From the NCBI GenBank assembly GCA_964016885.1, contig OZ024754.1, forward strand, positions 22,940,001 through 23,004,000: 64,000 bases of DNA, in the 5' to 3' direction. The translations under genes and the position numbers were made by a program. The notes under the pieces were generated by a model. That model worked only from the letters and a program-made list of their open reading frames with translations, was not told the origin of the DNA and searched no databases. Source of the stretch: Eledone cirrhosa. Taxonomy: Eukaryota. Shown here piece after piece: positions 14,356-27,328 of this stretch (within the stretch, counting starts at the first letter, position 1; each line of letters begins with the position of its first letter).

Positions 14356-14611
14356 AACTGCCAGTCCCAGCATACCGTTTTCGTACCGACCTCAGCTTGA
14401 TGAGACTGGAGAAGATGATACTGTCAACTTACCTTACCATGGGTCACAGGTAAAGGTGTATGCCGATGATGCAGGTAGTGCCAGTGGAAGCTACGACAGC
14501 ACTCATTTCGACAAGCAGATCAGCATGAATCCATCCATTAACTCAACCAGTGTTCCCACTGGTAAGCCAATCCTTCAGATCAACAGTGACTATTATCAGA
14601 GTTATTCCTGA
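14356..14611 (+). CDS. TPRA1: Terminal coding exon of TPRA1 homolog
   Basis: TTTCAG acceptor. Encodes TASPSIPFSYRPQLDETGEDDTVNLP...GSYDSTHFD...SINSTS...YQSYS*, matching TPRA1 tail motifs FSYKCQVDE, SYSSTQFD and SINS. Confidence 0.9.
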
Positions 14612-15413
14612 GACCAGATATTCTAACCAAAGACAATTCTGACCAAAGACATTGTTCTACTGTAGTAGCTATCAGGAAGGAGGATTTCTGAAGACTCAGT
14701 TGCATGAACCCATCCCTCCTCCCATACACCAAGCAATTAAAACTAGCACCTTGACCATTATGACCACCATTCCTCTATAATATGATGTCACATACCAATA
14801 TTTCCCAAAAGATTTTATTTACAACACACACGCTCACTCACATATTAGTAGTTTGACCAAAAAGATTGATGAAATAAGTTCTAGACTAAGGAAAAAATAT
14901 AAATAATGAAAATGAAAAATAAGCTCTGGAGTGAATATGATGAATTAAAATACCTTGAAGGCAGTTCATCAGTATGGTTGCAGTTCAATGATTGAAACCA
15001 AAGAACAAAAGTATGTAAACATGTCTTTGAAAGTAAGAGAAAAGTGAGATTAGAATTTAATATCATACAAAAAACAAACCAACCCAACCCTGAATAAACA
15101 ACAAACATTCAAATATATACATATCCCCCACTCTTAAAACACACACACAATAGAAAACAAATAACCAAGAAGCAGCATAAATAGATTTGGAAGAGAATGC
15201 TGGATATATTTTCAGATTTAAAGAATATTTCCTTCTGATTGAATTGCTGAGTTTAAAAACATTTGAAATTATAGAAAACAGTGTTTTAGAGGGTAACAAC
15301 AATGCAAATAAGTCATTAAATGTTAAAAATAGTGATAACAAAGTTGTTGGAATGCTGCTTTAGAGATATTTTGACAAAGGGAATTTTCTCCTGAAATATT
15401 AAAAACTACTTAA

Positions 15414-15597
15414 CCCTTTAGCATTTACTATTGTATTTTCACGGTAAATTATCATAATTATCTCACTTCATATCGAATCTATGAGATTTTGATATTTATT
15501 TTGAAAACAATACCTTAACATCAGTATGAGCAGCTGGTTATGGCCAGTTTGGACAGAAAGAGGTGAGAGAATTCTGGCTGGTTTAAATGCTAAAGGG
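15414..15597. mobile_element. piggyBac-like MITE in putative TPRA1 3' UTR
   Basis: TIRs CCCTTTAGCATTTA / TAAATGCTAAAGGG, flanked on both sides by TTAA (15410-13, 15598-601). Confidence 0.75.
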
Positions 15598-15952
15598 TTA
15601 AATTTAAATATGTCCAAGGTAACATTCATACAACTTCATTATTTTTAACATTTAATCTCCTGTTTACATTGCTACGGCTAATAATTGTTTCTTACACTTT
15701 CTGCAATGCTTGAAGCTAATTACAATATTACCTTATTTGAAATTATAATTCTTTCATTTAACAATGAAACATATACAAGCATGGTGTAAGAATAAGGAAG
15801 AGAAGCCCCCCCCCCCCCCCAACACACAAAAAAACACAAGAAACAATCAAATATTTATTTATCTTATATACAAAGAACCACAGAATATCAACCCTTGTTC
15901 TGACTATTGAAAACTAAAGTTTTCTAATTTTTTTTCTATAAATTACAGTTAT

Positions 15953-15958
15953 AATAAA
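15953..15958 (+). promoter_or_regulatory. Candidate polyadenylation signal of TPRA1
   Basis: AATAAA followed by a GT-rich tract (~15995), just before the repeat-rich region begins. Confidence 0.35.
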
Positions 15959-16228
15959 AGTAAGTTTACAAGCAGATAATTGGTCATTTTCTATGTGAGT
16001 TTGTGTTTATGTATGTTATATTTATACATATGTGTGTGTCTATATTGTATATTTACATATCTAGGTGCGTAAATATATATATATATAAGCAATGAGTTAT
16101 TTAATTTGTTGATTATAAACAACAAATTAAATAATTATTCAACAAATTAGAAGCACTCAACAGTTTTTTCCGGGATGATAATATCAATAATATTAATAAA
16201 TGGAAGCTATCTTTATAAAACCATATTT

Positions 16229-16287
16229 ATTTTATTATATACATTTCAAGGGTACCAACATTTTGGTATGCTCTCATCAGATAAAAT
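16229..16287 (-). ncRNA. Type-I hammerhead ribozyme motif (family A)
   Basis: ATTTTAT-CTGATGA-stem II (GAG..TACCAA/TTGGTA..CTT)-GAAA-TGTATA-TA-ATAAAAT. Confidence 0.75.
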
Positions 16288-16445
16288 ACAAAAGTTGGTT
16301 TACAGATAGTGACATATTCAAACTAGGAAGAACTTCAAATCTCAAGATGAATATGCTAATGAGGATAACGTTAAAATTGAAAAATATATATGTTTATATA
16401 TATATAAAAAACATATATATATATATAAATGGAAAAAATGAAATG

Positions 16446-17063
16446 TATGGGTTTACCGAACATTTATTATAATGTTCGGTTTGTTTGTAAACAAACAGCC
16501 CGAATTATTAGCCGTACAGTGTTTGGCAACCATCGTTGCCATTTTGTTCAACACTGACAAAGGAACGCTGAACTAGTTTCTAGCTTATAAGCTGTCACCA
16601 GCACCCTATACCTTCCTGTCAGTTGATTGAACGTTTGAAAGTATATACTTTCCTTATGCATATTAACGGCTGAGCAGCCTAATTTGCATATCGAGTGAGT
16701 TAGTCGGCCGGGCGTACCGAAAACTATAAATGGAAAAAATGAAATTTCATTTCTCACTCTTAGTACGGCTGATACTTAAATATAAGTATGTATACGCACA
16801 TACATATATGCATACATATATGCAATTTAGGCTGCTCAGCCGTTAATATGCATAAGGAAAGTATATACTTTCAAACGTTCAATCAACTGACAGGAAGGTA
16901 TACGGTGCTGATGACAGCTAGTAAGCTAGAAACTAGTTCATCGTTCCTTTGTCAGTGTTGAACAAAATGGCAACGGTGGTTGCCGAACACTGTGCGGCTA
17001 ATAATTCGGGCTGTTTGTTTACAAACAAACCGAACATTATAATAAATGTTCGGTAAACCCATA
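16446..17063. repeat. Head-to-head inverted duplication (~245-bp arms) of a short hammerhead-bearing repeat
   Basis: 16446-16691 is the reverse complement of 16817-17063 with scattered mismatches. Related copies at ~28340-28570 (deleted) and ~51240-51610. Confidence 0.9.
16903..16943 (+). ncRNA. Minimal type-I hammerhead ribozyme (family B)
   Basis: CGGTG-CTGATGA-C AGCT AGTA AGCT A-GAAA-CTAG-TT-CATCG, with palindromic stem III (ACTAGT). The mirror copy 16566-16606(-) has CTGGTGA; the 51450-51490 copy has CTTACGA. Confidence 0.85.
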
Positions 17064-17516
17064 CGTACATATATATATGTGTGCATGTATGTATGTATGT
17101 ATATACATACTACTGTATGTCTGTATATCTATATGTATGTACGTATACATATATTTATATATATATAAAAAGGTAGTATATATATATGTTTATATATATA
17201 TATGTTTACTATTTATTACACATCCATCAGAGCATGCAAGCTTAATTTGTTTCTAATGTATGCAGGTCCTCAGCACACAATGCCCAATTCTCACTACCAT
17301 GTAATATCGCCGTTTGTATACAAGCATCATACAATCTACCTTTCATTTTTATTAACTCTCTGAACTTTCTCCATCCCGCTCCTGCTACACTTTCAGAGCA
17401 CCCTCCTCCACTGCCGAGTTACCTAGGTAACGGAAAGTGTCTACCATTTCTATAGAACCTTCTGGGCATGAGCATCGGCCACATAAAATCTACATTCTTA
17501 GATGGCTTACCTGTGA

Positions 17517-17566
<50 letters not shown>

Positions 17567-17642
17567 CACACACACAATTATGAGACGTAAAATGATGATA
17601 TATATATATATAGTTATGTAATAAACAACATAAGATAATTAT

Positions 17643-17683
17643 TTCATTTACCAGTGGTTTCGGTCTTCAGTCATCAGAATGAA
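17643..17683 (-). ncRNA. Hammerhead motif (family C), stem II deleted
   Basis: TTCATT-CTGATGA-CTGAAGACC-GAAA-CCACTGG-TA-AATGAA; flanks shared with the 41794 copy. Confidence 0.6.
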
Positions 17684-17958
17684 TAAATAACATGGTGTTT
17701 TGATTAAATATGGATTTCAAAACAGAATTTAGGAAATATGAAAGTGAGTCTGAAAAAACGGGTAAAATAAAATGGATTTATTTGAAAAAATATATAAATA
17801 AATATCCAGAACATAAACATACACACACTCAACCACACGTATACTTTCTCACATAAGCGTATATGCGTCTACATAGAAATACGAACAGACACATAAAACG
17901 TACGCGCACTCACATATGTACTCAATAATAACGTAAAATCTATATATACACACATAAA

Positions 17959-18304
17959 TGGAGGCACACGGCTTAGTGGTTAGAGCATTGGCCTTGTAAT
18001 CGAAAGGTTGTGAGTTCAATTCTCAAACCGGGTGATGTGTTGTTTCCTTGAGCAAGACACTTTATTTCACATTGCTCCAGTTTACTCAGCTGTAGAAATG
18101 AGATGATAGGACTGGGATCCCTATCATTCCACTGCAAAGTGAACGTGTAGGCGCCACGGAAAAAAGGCACCCAGCACTCACTGTAAATGAGGTTGGTGTT
18201 AGGAAGGGCATCCAGCTGTAGAAATCAAGCCAGAATCAGTTCCCGTCCCACCCTTGCAAGCAGGGAAAAGCGGACGTAAAAATGATGATAATGATGATGA
18301 TGAA
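17959..18304 (+). mobile_element. tRNA-derived SINE with LINE-like 3' tail
   Basis: A box (GGCTTAGTGG), B box (GAGTTCAATTC), central TCCTTGAGCAAGACACTTTA block and (ATG)n tail. Confidence 0.75.
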
Positions 18305-18569
18305 ATATCTCTCCATACACATATATATGTATATATAAAAAAATATATATATATAAAAATACACATACACAAATATATACGCACCCATATAAGTACACAC
18401 AAACACACACACATATATAAATATGGATACATACACATACATACAAACACAAAAGGCTCTATACATCCGCGCACGTATATATACACACACATAGACATAC
18501 ACACACATATACACATACATATCCATACACACATATATGCATGCATATATATATATATATATATATATC

Positions 18570-21500
18570 AATGATATTAATAAATGGAAACCATATTTAT
18601 TCTATTATATATATTTTAAGGGTACCAAAACTATGGTACGCCCTCATCAGATAAAATACAAAGTTTGTTTTATAAATATTGACATATCCAGGAATTCAGC
18701 TGGTTGATGAAAGGAAAGAGAAAAAAAAAATATTTCAAATTATTTTGATGAATATGCAAATGTGGTTGAGGCGTAGGGCTGAAAAAAAAAACGTTATTTT
18801 TAGACGGTAGGTAGATTTAAATAATTATTAGGATATATATATAGGAAGAAGAAAGAAAGAAAAGCTTGTATTTATATTACTACAATGTACGTGAATTTAA
18901 AAAGATTGAAACGTTAAAATTAAAAGTTTGTTGGAGTGGTGGAATATCAATCCAGAATTTAAAAAATATTTAGCTAAAAGATTATATGAAGAATTATGGT
19001 TGTAAGTACATTTTATCTTATTATATTACAACAGGTTGTAAGTATATAAATATCTATATAGATTAATAAGTGTATAAATATTATTGGTGATTATCTACTT
19101 ATATATATAACCAGCAATTTCTCTGTCTGTCTGTCCGACAGTGGAAACACATGCGTAGAGTGAAAGAAAGAGACAGACTACGAGAGGGGGATAGCGGGAG
19201 AGAGAGAGTGAATAGACGCTAAAACGTGCTATAGAAACATTACCTTCCCCTCTCCACTGACTTTGGTCACTGAGGCCGAGGGAATCGCTGGTTGCTATAG
19301 AGACACCTTGCACAAGCCAGAAGTAACCAGTTCGAGGCAGTTCTGACTTGACACCATGCGAAGGTTGCCATTGAATTTGTGGTTGTTGCTGCTGATAATA
19401 AGGACCATTTGAAGAAGGTTGCTGCTGATGAGGTAATTTATTAATCAGATTGCGCAGTTCCATAACCTACGTTTGATTTGTTCAATTTTTTTCTTCAATT
19501 TTTTTGTTGTTTTTTTTTTATTTCTTATTGAAAAAATATAAATAATAAAATAAGGTTAGAAATTTAAATACAATTAAATACGATTTAATTTCCTTTTCCA
19601 GCAGCCAATGTTCAGTGTTCAATTTCATGAAAAAATTGGAAATAATTAAAAAAATTGAAGTTTAACTTTTGAACATTTGTTTTGACAATAAAAAAATATT
19701 TCCTTATTCACACCTAATGGTATGATTAAAATGGTATGATTAAAATTTCATAGGAATATTTTTTTCTAACCGCCAGTTATTTAAATATTATTAAAAATAA
19801 TTTTTTTAAAAAAAGAATGGAAGATTTTGTGGATTTTTTACCACCTTCCAAGCCTTAAACACTAATTCTCGCGAATTTGTGTTTTGTAATGACCCTCAGG
19901 ACGCTGCTATTGTTGATTCCAATAGTGCCTGGTATTCGAATATGTTAGTATACAATTTTTTGAATAAAATTAAGGCGCAATTAGAGCTGCCAAACAAAAT
20001 TTTTTTCGGCTTCGGCCCATATTATATATATATATATAATGGGGGATGATGATGATGATATACATAGTTACATATGTATATGTAATCTCCTTATAATATA
20101 TAACCAGCAATTTCTCTGTCCGACAGTGGAAACACGTGCGCGCGTGCGAATGTTTTTTGCGCACGCGTAGAGAGAGAGAGTGAGAGTGAAAGAAAGAGAC
20201 AGACTACGAGAGGGGGATAGCGGGAGGGGGAGAGAGTGAATAGACGCTAAAACACGTGCGCGCGTGCGAATGTTTTTTGCGCACGCGTAGATAGAGAGTG
20301 AGAGTGAAAGAAAGAGACAGACGACAAGAGGGGGATAGCGGGAGGGAGAGAGGGGGGAATTGAGGAGTGCTACAGAAACATATATACATTTCTGTGTGTG
20401 TGTGTAATATATATATATATACACACACAGAAATATATATATATACATTTCTGTGTGTGTAATCTATATATATATACACACAGAAATATATATACATTTC
20501 TGTGTGTGTTATATATATATACACACAGAAATATATATACATTTCTGTGTGTGTAATATATATATATACTAGCAGAAAACCACCCACCGGGTGGTTTTCT
20601 GCTAGTCTCCTTATAATATATAACCAGCAATTTCTCTGTCTGTCTGTCCGACGCGTAGTGAGAGAGTGAGAGTGAAAGAAAGAGACTACAAGAGGGGGAT
20701 AGCGGGAGGGAGAGAGAGAGTCGCTGGAAGAGGGGAAGGAAAGCTATGTCTTGCTGTCTGCATTACGATACATATATATATACACACACACACACTGAGC
20801 GCGTCATAATGACGTAAAGCAGACAGATGTTATAAGGGCGCAACGTTATATCTATGTATCTATCTAAAAAGAAAGACTAAGAATTATATAGAGAGAACGC
20901 TAAATCGCCTAATGCGGTCTCTAGGGCATTGAAAATTTGAAATAATTTTTGCTCAAAACACTCACAGGACCATAAGTATTACATGTCTAAAGTTTGAAAA
21001 CAATCGGTTGGATGGTTCTCAAGTTTTAGTGAGCTGATAAACAGACCGACATTCTCTGTTTTAGATATATAGACTAGCAGAAAACCGCCCCTCGTGTGGT
21101 TTTCTGCTAGTCTATATATATAAAACTGAGGATGTGTGTGTGTGAGTTTGAATCCCTAAAACTCGAGAAGCACCCAACCGACTGTTTTCAAACTTTACAC
21201 ATGTAATACTTATGTTTCAGGGAGTGTTCGTTCTGAGCAAAACAAAATTCAAATTTTCAATGCCCTAGGGACCGCATTAGGCGATTTAGCGATCTCTCTC
21301 TATAATTCTTAGTCTTTCTCTTTTTAGATAGATACATACATATAACGTCGCACCCTTATAATATCTGGCTGTCTGCATTACGTCACTTCCCACAATTCCG
21401 TCTGCATCCAGAACGCGCCCTTATAATATGTCTGGCTGTCTGCTGCCTCCGGTTATTTTGCCACCCTTGCTCAAGACAAATCTCACACTCATTCCCCAAA

Positions 21501-24500
21501 CAGTTGGTAAGTGCACACAACTTCTTCCTCACGTTTTAAGCCACAGTGTTGCTTACTTACCACCAGACCCTTACTTCTTTGCCAGCCGTGGTTGTGGCAA
21601 TGCTAAGCTTAGCTAAGGCAGTTATATATTTCACACAACACTAAAAATGAAAGCCGGTAACTATGTATTAGTCAGTCTCTTCTCCATACAGTGAGCAAAG
21701 AAAATACAACTTTTAGTGTAGTGAGTGAAATAAAGTCGATCCTGCTGCGATTCAAAAATCAGGTTTGCAGGTTATATATTTCACAGAACACTAAAAATTA
21801 AAGCCGGTAAAGAAAAACATCGCTATAATAGCTTCAGTTTTCACAGTGTTGCTTACTTACGTGACTTTACGAGAATAAAAGTTACTCAGGGAGTGTTATG
21901 CACATAAAAAATTCAACTTTTTGATCCCCTAGGTGAAAAACTGCGTTTTTTCAGCTTTTTAAGGGTATTTTGACGCGTTACGTCAGACCGATTTCCTTGA
22001 AATTGTAACTATGTATTAGTCAGTCTCTTCTTCATACCGTGAACAAAGAAAATTCAACTCTTTTTATGGCCTAGGACCCGCATTAGGTGAAAAACTTCAT
22101 TATTTCAGCTCTTTAGGGCTTTTTTAGGCGTTACGTCTAGCCGATTTTCCTGAAATTTCAAGATATATTATGCACATAAAAAAATTCATTTTCTTGATGC
22201 CCTAGGGCCCACATTAGGTGAAAACCTGCATTTTTCCTGCTTCATCGAGGAAAATCTTAAAGATTATCCAGCCATCAGAGTATTCGGTTTATTTTCTTTA
22301 CATATTGTCCAGGCATGCAGTTTTTCCACGATTAGGTCTGTTGGCGGCTCGCGTTCCAAAATACCTTATCCCGTGCAACGCCGGGTACAACTGCTAGTAT
22401 TGATATAAAACACACGTATTAATTTGTTTACATGTCGATAAAATAAAGTACCAGTAATGCACTGGGTAATTGCTGGCCTTGTGCCTAAAGTAGAAACAAT
22501 TAATTTGTTTACATTTCTAATATGAGTTACGAAGGATGTTGATTTTACATTTTAAGAAAAAGACGTAGTTCAAATTTTAAGAGAAGAACAATTTGTAGAT
22601 TCAAATAGTTTCATAAAAAAATAGCGAAATTACATATAATTTAACATACAAGTTATTATGTAAAGTTATTATTGTAAAGGAAAAGATAACTCCAATATTA
22701 TTTGTTAATATGAAATATGATGAATCATTTTCTTAGAAAATGCGGAAAGTATGTACAGAAAGTTATATACTATTTTGTGTGAGATTATAAGGTATTTTAT
22801 ATTACCTGTTTTCAAGGATAAGAATTCCAATTATATATGTATTTGGATATTATCTACGTCGAAAGATGTGTGAAAAGTGTGAAAATGAAAGAGAATAAAA
22901 ATATATTTCGAATAAATATATATAAAAATATATTTAGAATAAAAATGCATTTAGAAGAACTATCGTAAAGAGGATATCTTTCATAATATCAATTGAAAAA
23001 TATCAATCTAAAAAGATATCAATCTAAAAAAAATAGGTTAAGAAGAGTATCATTAGGAAAAGAATATCATTTAAGGAGAAAAAGATCATAAAAAATTTTT
23101 TTTTTAATTAAAAAAAAAAACCTCACTAAACAACAGAAGCATAGTCAAGTGTAATGAATATTAAAGATTAAAAATACTTCGGATTTTTGGCTGTCTCCAA
23201 GAACTGAATAATTCGCTTTTTAAATTAATAGAATTAATTTTGACAGTTAACTATATAAAAAATGTCCTCGATACACAAATGACAGATTCTTGAGAGTGCA
23301 GGTGCTTTCGAAATCGTTCCCCAAGAATAGTCTATATTATTGTCCTTTAAAGGCGAAATTAGATGTGAAACTGAAGTGGAAGATTTTTTATCGGACCTAT
23401 TAAATGTATGTTTGTGATTATACCAGCGTTCTTTGAATTTTGTAGAATCAGTTAAATATTTTGTCTCTAGTTTTTACTGTGCATTTATATATTAAGTTTT
23501 CGTCTAAGCAATAACGGGCAGTTTGATTCAATTCTACATTTACATTTTCGGGAGTTGTTGTTAGTAGAAACGGTACTATTAGTATGAATATTGTTATTAT
23601 AAATATTATTATTGTTATCTTGGTTTGCTCGAATAGAGTTTAAATTTAAGTTTCTATTATTAATTCTATTTATATTTTGTGCTATGTTCATAGAAGTAGA
23701 GTAAGATAGTTTTATAGTGTGGTATCTGTGGGCTTTAGGAAAACATTTTCCAGTGAAAAATAGTTTTGCTACAGGTGTTTTAACACCTATAGAGAATGGG
23801 GGAGAGTACCAAATAATATTTCTAGTTCTAGTTGTTTTGTTTGGTTTACTATTTAAGTTGAATTGCTTATAATGAATTTTAGGTTGATTTATCATGTTAT
23901 TGTTATCTAAGTATTTAATTTTATTCGTGTATCCTGCTTTATTAAAGCCTCATTTTTATTAGCTGAGATGCGTGAAATTCGTTGCTGGACACTATTATTT
24001 TTTATATTTCTAGGATGATTAAAATTGAAACTTACGTAATTTAGATTTTCATTAATTTTATGAAATGGATAATAAAGACCTGGGCTAAAGTTTAAAGTTA
24101 ACGATTTTATAATTATTCTCGATTTCTAAATTAAGGTTGTAGTTGTTGAAAAATTGTATTATGGATTTCTTATTCACGATATAAACCTCCGGTGATCTCT
24201 GGCATTTTTCTATGCAGTACATTAGTAATAAATAATTCAACGAGGTCTGTTACCTGAACTGAATCAGATGATCCCATTAGTAATATCAAAATTGTTTTGT
24301 CTGTGAACTCTTGTCCAGAGATGGTTATTAAATTCTATTAGGGTTTTACGTGCGGTTAGAATGATATTCTATGCGTGAATAAGCGTAAATAAGTGCCTTA
24401 TTAAGTAAGCTAGGGGTAATAGAGGAGTAGTAATTTGCAATATCCATTTGAATAAATGGTTTAATTTTATGTTTTTAAACGAATCTATTACTTCATTAGT

Positions 24501-25560
24501 ACCGTTCCATACTTTAAGGTGTGATTTTCCTTTAAGTCCAATGTACGTGAATTTAAAAATATTGAAACGTTAAAAATTAAAAGTTTGTTGCAGTGGTGGA
24601 ATATCAATCCAGAATGTAAAAAATATTAAATATATAATCATTACAATTAGATTATTTGTTTACATTTCTAATTACGAAGAATGTTGATTTTACATTTTAA
24701 ATATATATTTAAGAAAAAGACGTAGTTCAAATTTTAAGAGAAGAACAATTTGTAGATTCAAATAGTTTCATGAAAAATTGAAAATATTTACGGAACATTA
24801 TTAAGTTAGCGAAATTACATATAATTTAACATACAAGTTATTATGTCTATGTTTGCTCAATTGTAAAGGAAAAAATAACTCCAATATTATTTGTTTAAAT
24901 AATAATTTTCTTAGAAAATGGGGAAAGTATGTAGAGAAAATTATAATTATTTTGTGTGAGATTATAAGGTATTTTATATTACATGTTTTCAAGGATGAGA
25001 ATTTCAATTATATATGTATTATCTACGTCGAAATGCACTATTGACTCATCTAATAATCTATTTTTCCTCCCTCTAATTTTCAAACTTTTCATACATCTTT
25101 CAACGTAGATAATATCGAAATAGATATATAATTGAAATTTTCATCCTTGAAAACATGTAATATAAAATACCTTATAATCTCACACAAAATATATATTTAA
25201 AATGTAAAATCAACATCCTTCGTGACTCATATTAGAAATGAACATAAATTAATACGTGTGTTTTATATCTATATAATCACCAATAATATTTATATTTATA
25301 CACTTATTAATCTATATAGATATTTATATACTTACAACCTGTTGTAATATAATAAGATAAAATGTACTTACAACCATAATTCTTCATATAATCTAATTGT
25401 AATGATGAGTGCGTACCAAAGTTTTGGTACCCTTGAAATATATATAATAGAATAAATATGGTTTTATAAATATAGTTTCCATTTATTAATATCATTGATA
25501 TTATACTCCAGAAAACCTGTCGAGTGCTTCGATCCCTTTGCTTATAAATAGCTCCATTAA
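18570..25560 (-). mobile_element. Decayed Penelope-like (Naiad-type) element with inverted terminal copy, interrupted by a Helitron
   Basis: RT/GIY-YIG remnants at ~23250-24540 (MGSSDSVQVTDL, WYSPPFS, CKCRIESNCPL). 18570-18650 and 18981-19093 are inverted relative to 25274-25500. Degenerate hammerheads at 18599-18657(-) and ~25403-25453(+). Confidence 0.75.
19094..22397 (+). mobile_element. Composite non-autonomous Helitron
   Basis: Inserted A|TC...CTAG|T, with 3' hairpin CCCGTGCAACGCCGGG just before CTAG. The empty-site sequence is present in inverted form at ~25250-25290. Internal extra 5' ends at ~20086, 20606 and 21111. Confidence 0.82.
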
Positions 25561-25584
25561 TGCTGAGCACTTTAAAAATTAATA

Positions 25585-25880
25585 ATGGAATTCTTTAGGA
25601 TTTCTTCTTTAAAGGATGTACCGTTACCTAAAAATAAGGAATATGTAAAGCAACTTATAGAAAAATCAGACTCCTTCATAAGAAGGCTTAGATGGCGTGC
25701 TTTCCATTTTGCTAAGAAATCGGAAAACGTAATAAACAATCCAACAAAATACTAGCCGAATTCGAAAATGAAATAATCTCCATCATACAAAACGTTAAAC
25801 TTAAAAGAAACCAATTTATTGGCCTATAGTACCTTAAAGGCCTCAAAAACAAAATAGACAATCTAGAAAACAATAATTTA
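25585..25880 (+). pseudogene. N-terminal fragment of a Penelope-like (Naiad-type) ORF
   Basis: MEFFRISSLKDVPLPKNKEYVKQLIEKSDSFIRRLRWRAFHF...LAEFENEIISIIQNVK; RxRWxA motif typical of PLE N-termini. Confidence 0.7.
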
Positions 25881-26035
25881 TATAGTGTGGGTATGGTGTA
25901 GTGTGCGGTGGTCGGAAGCTGGGGAGTGCTCGACCGGAAGAGTGCTTGACCGGAAGGGTGCTTCCCCTTCTCTTCCTACCTCCTTCTTTATCTTTTATCT
26001 AGTGTGTAAAATATTTTCATATCATTCTAATACAA

Positions 26036-26152
26036 AGGTCTGATGACATGGTGTGTTGGCTTACAGTGTACTTTCGGTTTATGATAATATTTGTGTATTA
26101 TTCAAATAGCGAAGTATAGGTAACTCATACACTATAGAAACAATTGTTACCT
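26036..26152 (+). ncRNA. Type-I hammerhead ribozyme with long stem II insertion
   Basis: AGGT-CTGATGA-C ATGGTGTGT...ATACACTAT A-GAAA-CAATTG-TT-ACCT. Confidence 0.75.
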
Positions 26153-26196
26153 AATAAATTCTATATACCCGCATTTCCATTTCGTAAATTTTTTCT

Positions 26197-26265
<69 letters not shown>

Positions 26266-27014
26266 GTTGGGAGCGAGTCTGTCTTTGTGCCTGTATATAC
26301 GGACACGTGTGTGTATGTGCGTGTCTATGTATATGTCTGTACGTGTTTGTGAATACGAGTAGATATACGCGTATGCATGTATGCGTGTGTATGTACGTGA
26401 GAGCTGATGTACGTGGGCATATAGGCAGGCGTCTGTGGACGCGTATGTTGTTAGTTATATGGTTGTGTGCGTGTGTGTATGTGTGTATGTGAGTGTGTGT
26501 GTATATATATTTATGGGTACATATATATATATATATATACATATGTGTATATGTATGTGTATGTGTATGTATATGTGTATGTGTGTGTGCGTGGACTTGT
26601 GAAATACCAAACCCAGCATGGATTCATTGAAGTATGTCAGGCGGAGGGACAGCTGATGGACAGTATGGCAGCAACTATTGGCCAGAATTTATGATGACGT
26701 AGAAAAACAACAGCCAACAGCAGGACAAGCGAGGAAGATGTTTTTTGACGCTAACACCCCAGTGAGAAAATTTGATCCGAATTATTGCCAGTGTCCGACC
26801 AACCTGCAGATCCAGAATCAGACAGACCCATACAATGATCGTGTCGCGAGCTGTCTGCCGGTGAAACAATTGTAACACACAATAAATTGAGTCCAGATGC
26901 ATCACTGATTTTTCGTTTTATATTATATAATATATAAAAGGAACGATCGACTTTCGTCAAATCGGACCGAGGGAACAATGTTTCAGTTGGTCTTTCCAAT
27001 TGCTAATACTATCT

Positions 27015-27257
27015 TTCGGTCGCGACTCCAGGTAGAAGGAGCAACGTGAAATAAAGTGTCTTGCTCAAGGACATAACGCATCGCCTGGTCCAGGAATCGA
27101 ACTCACAACCTTACGATTGCGAATCCAATTCTCTAACCACTCAGAATTGGATTCGCAATCGTAAGGTTGTGAGTTCGATTCCTGGACCAGGCGATGCGTT
27201 ATGTCCTTGAGCAAGACACTTTATTTCACGTTGCTCCTTCTACCTGGAGTTGCGACC

Positions 27258-27260
<3 letters not shown>
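27015..27260. repeat. Palindrome of two head-to-head tRNA-SINE copies (~118-bp arms, ~10-bp spacer)
   Basis: Arms are near-perfect reverse complements; B box GAGTTCGATTCC. A third copy with an intact 5' end is at 29148-29243. Confidence 0.88.
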
Positions 27261-27328
<68 letters not shown>

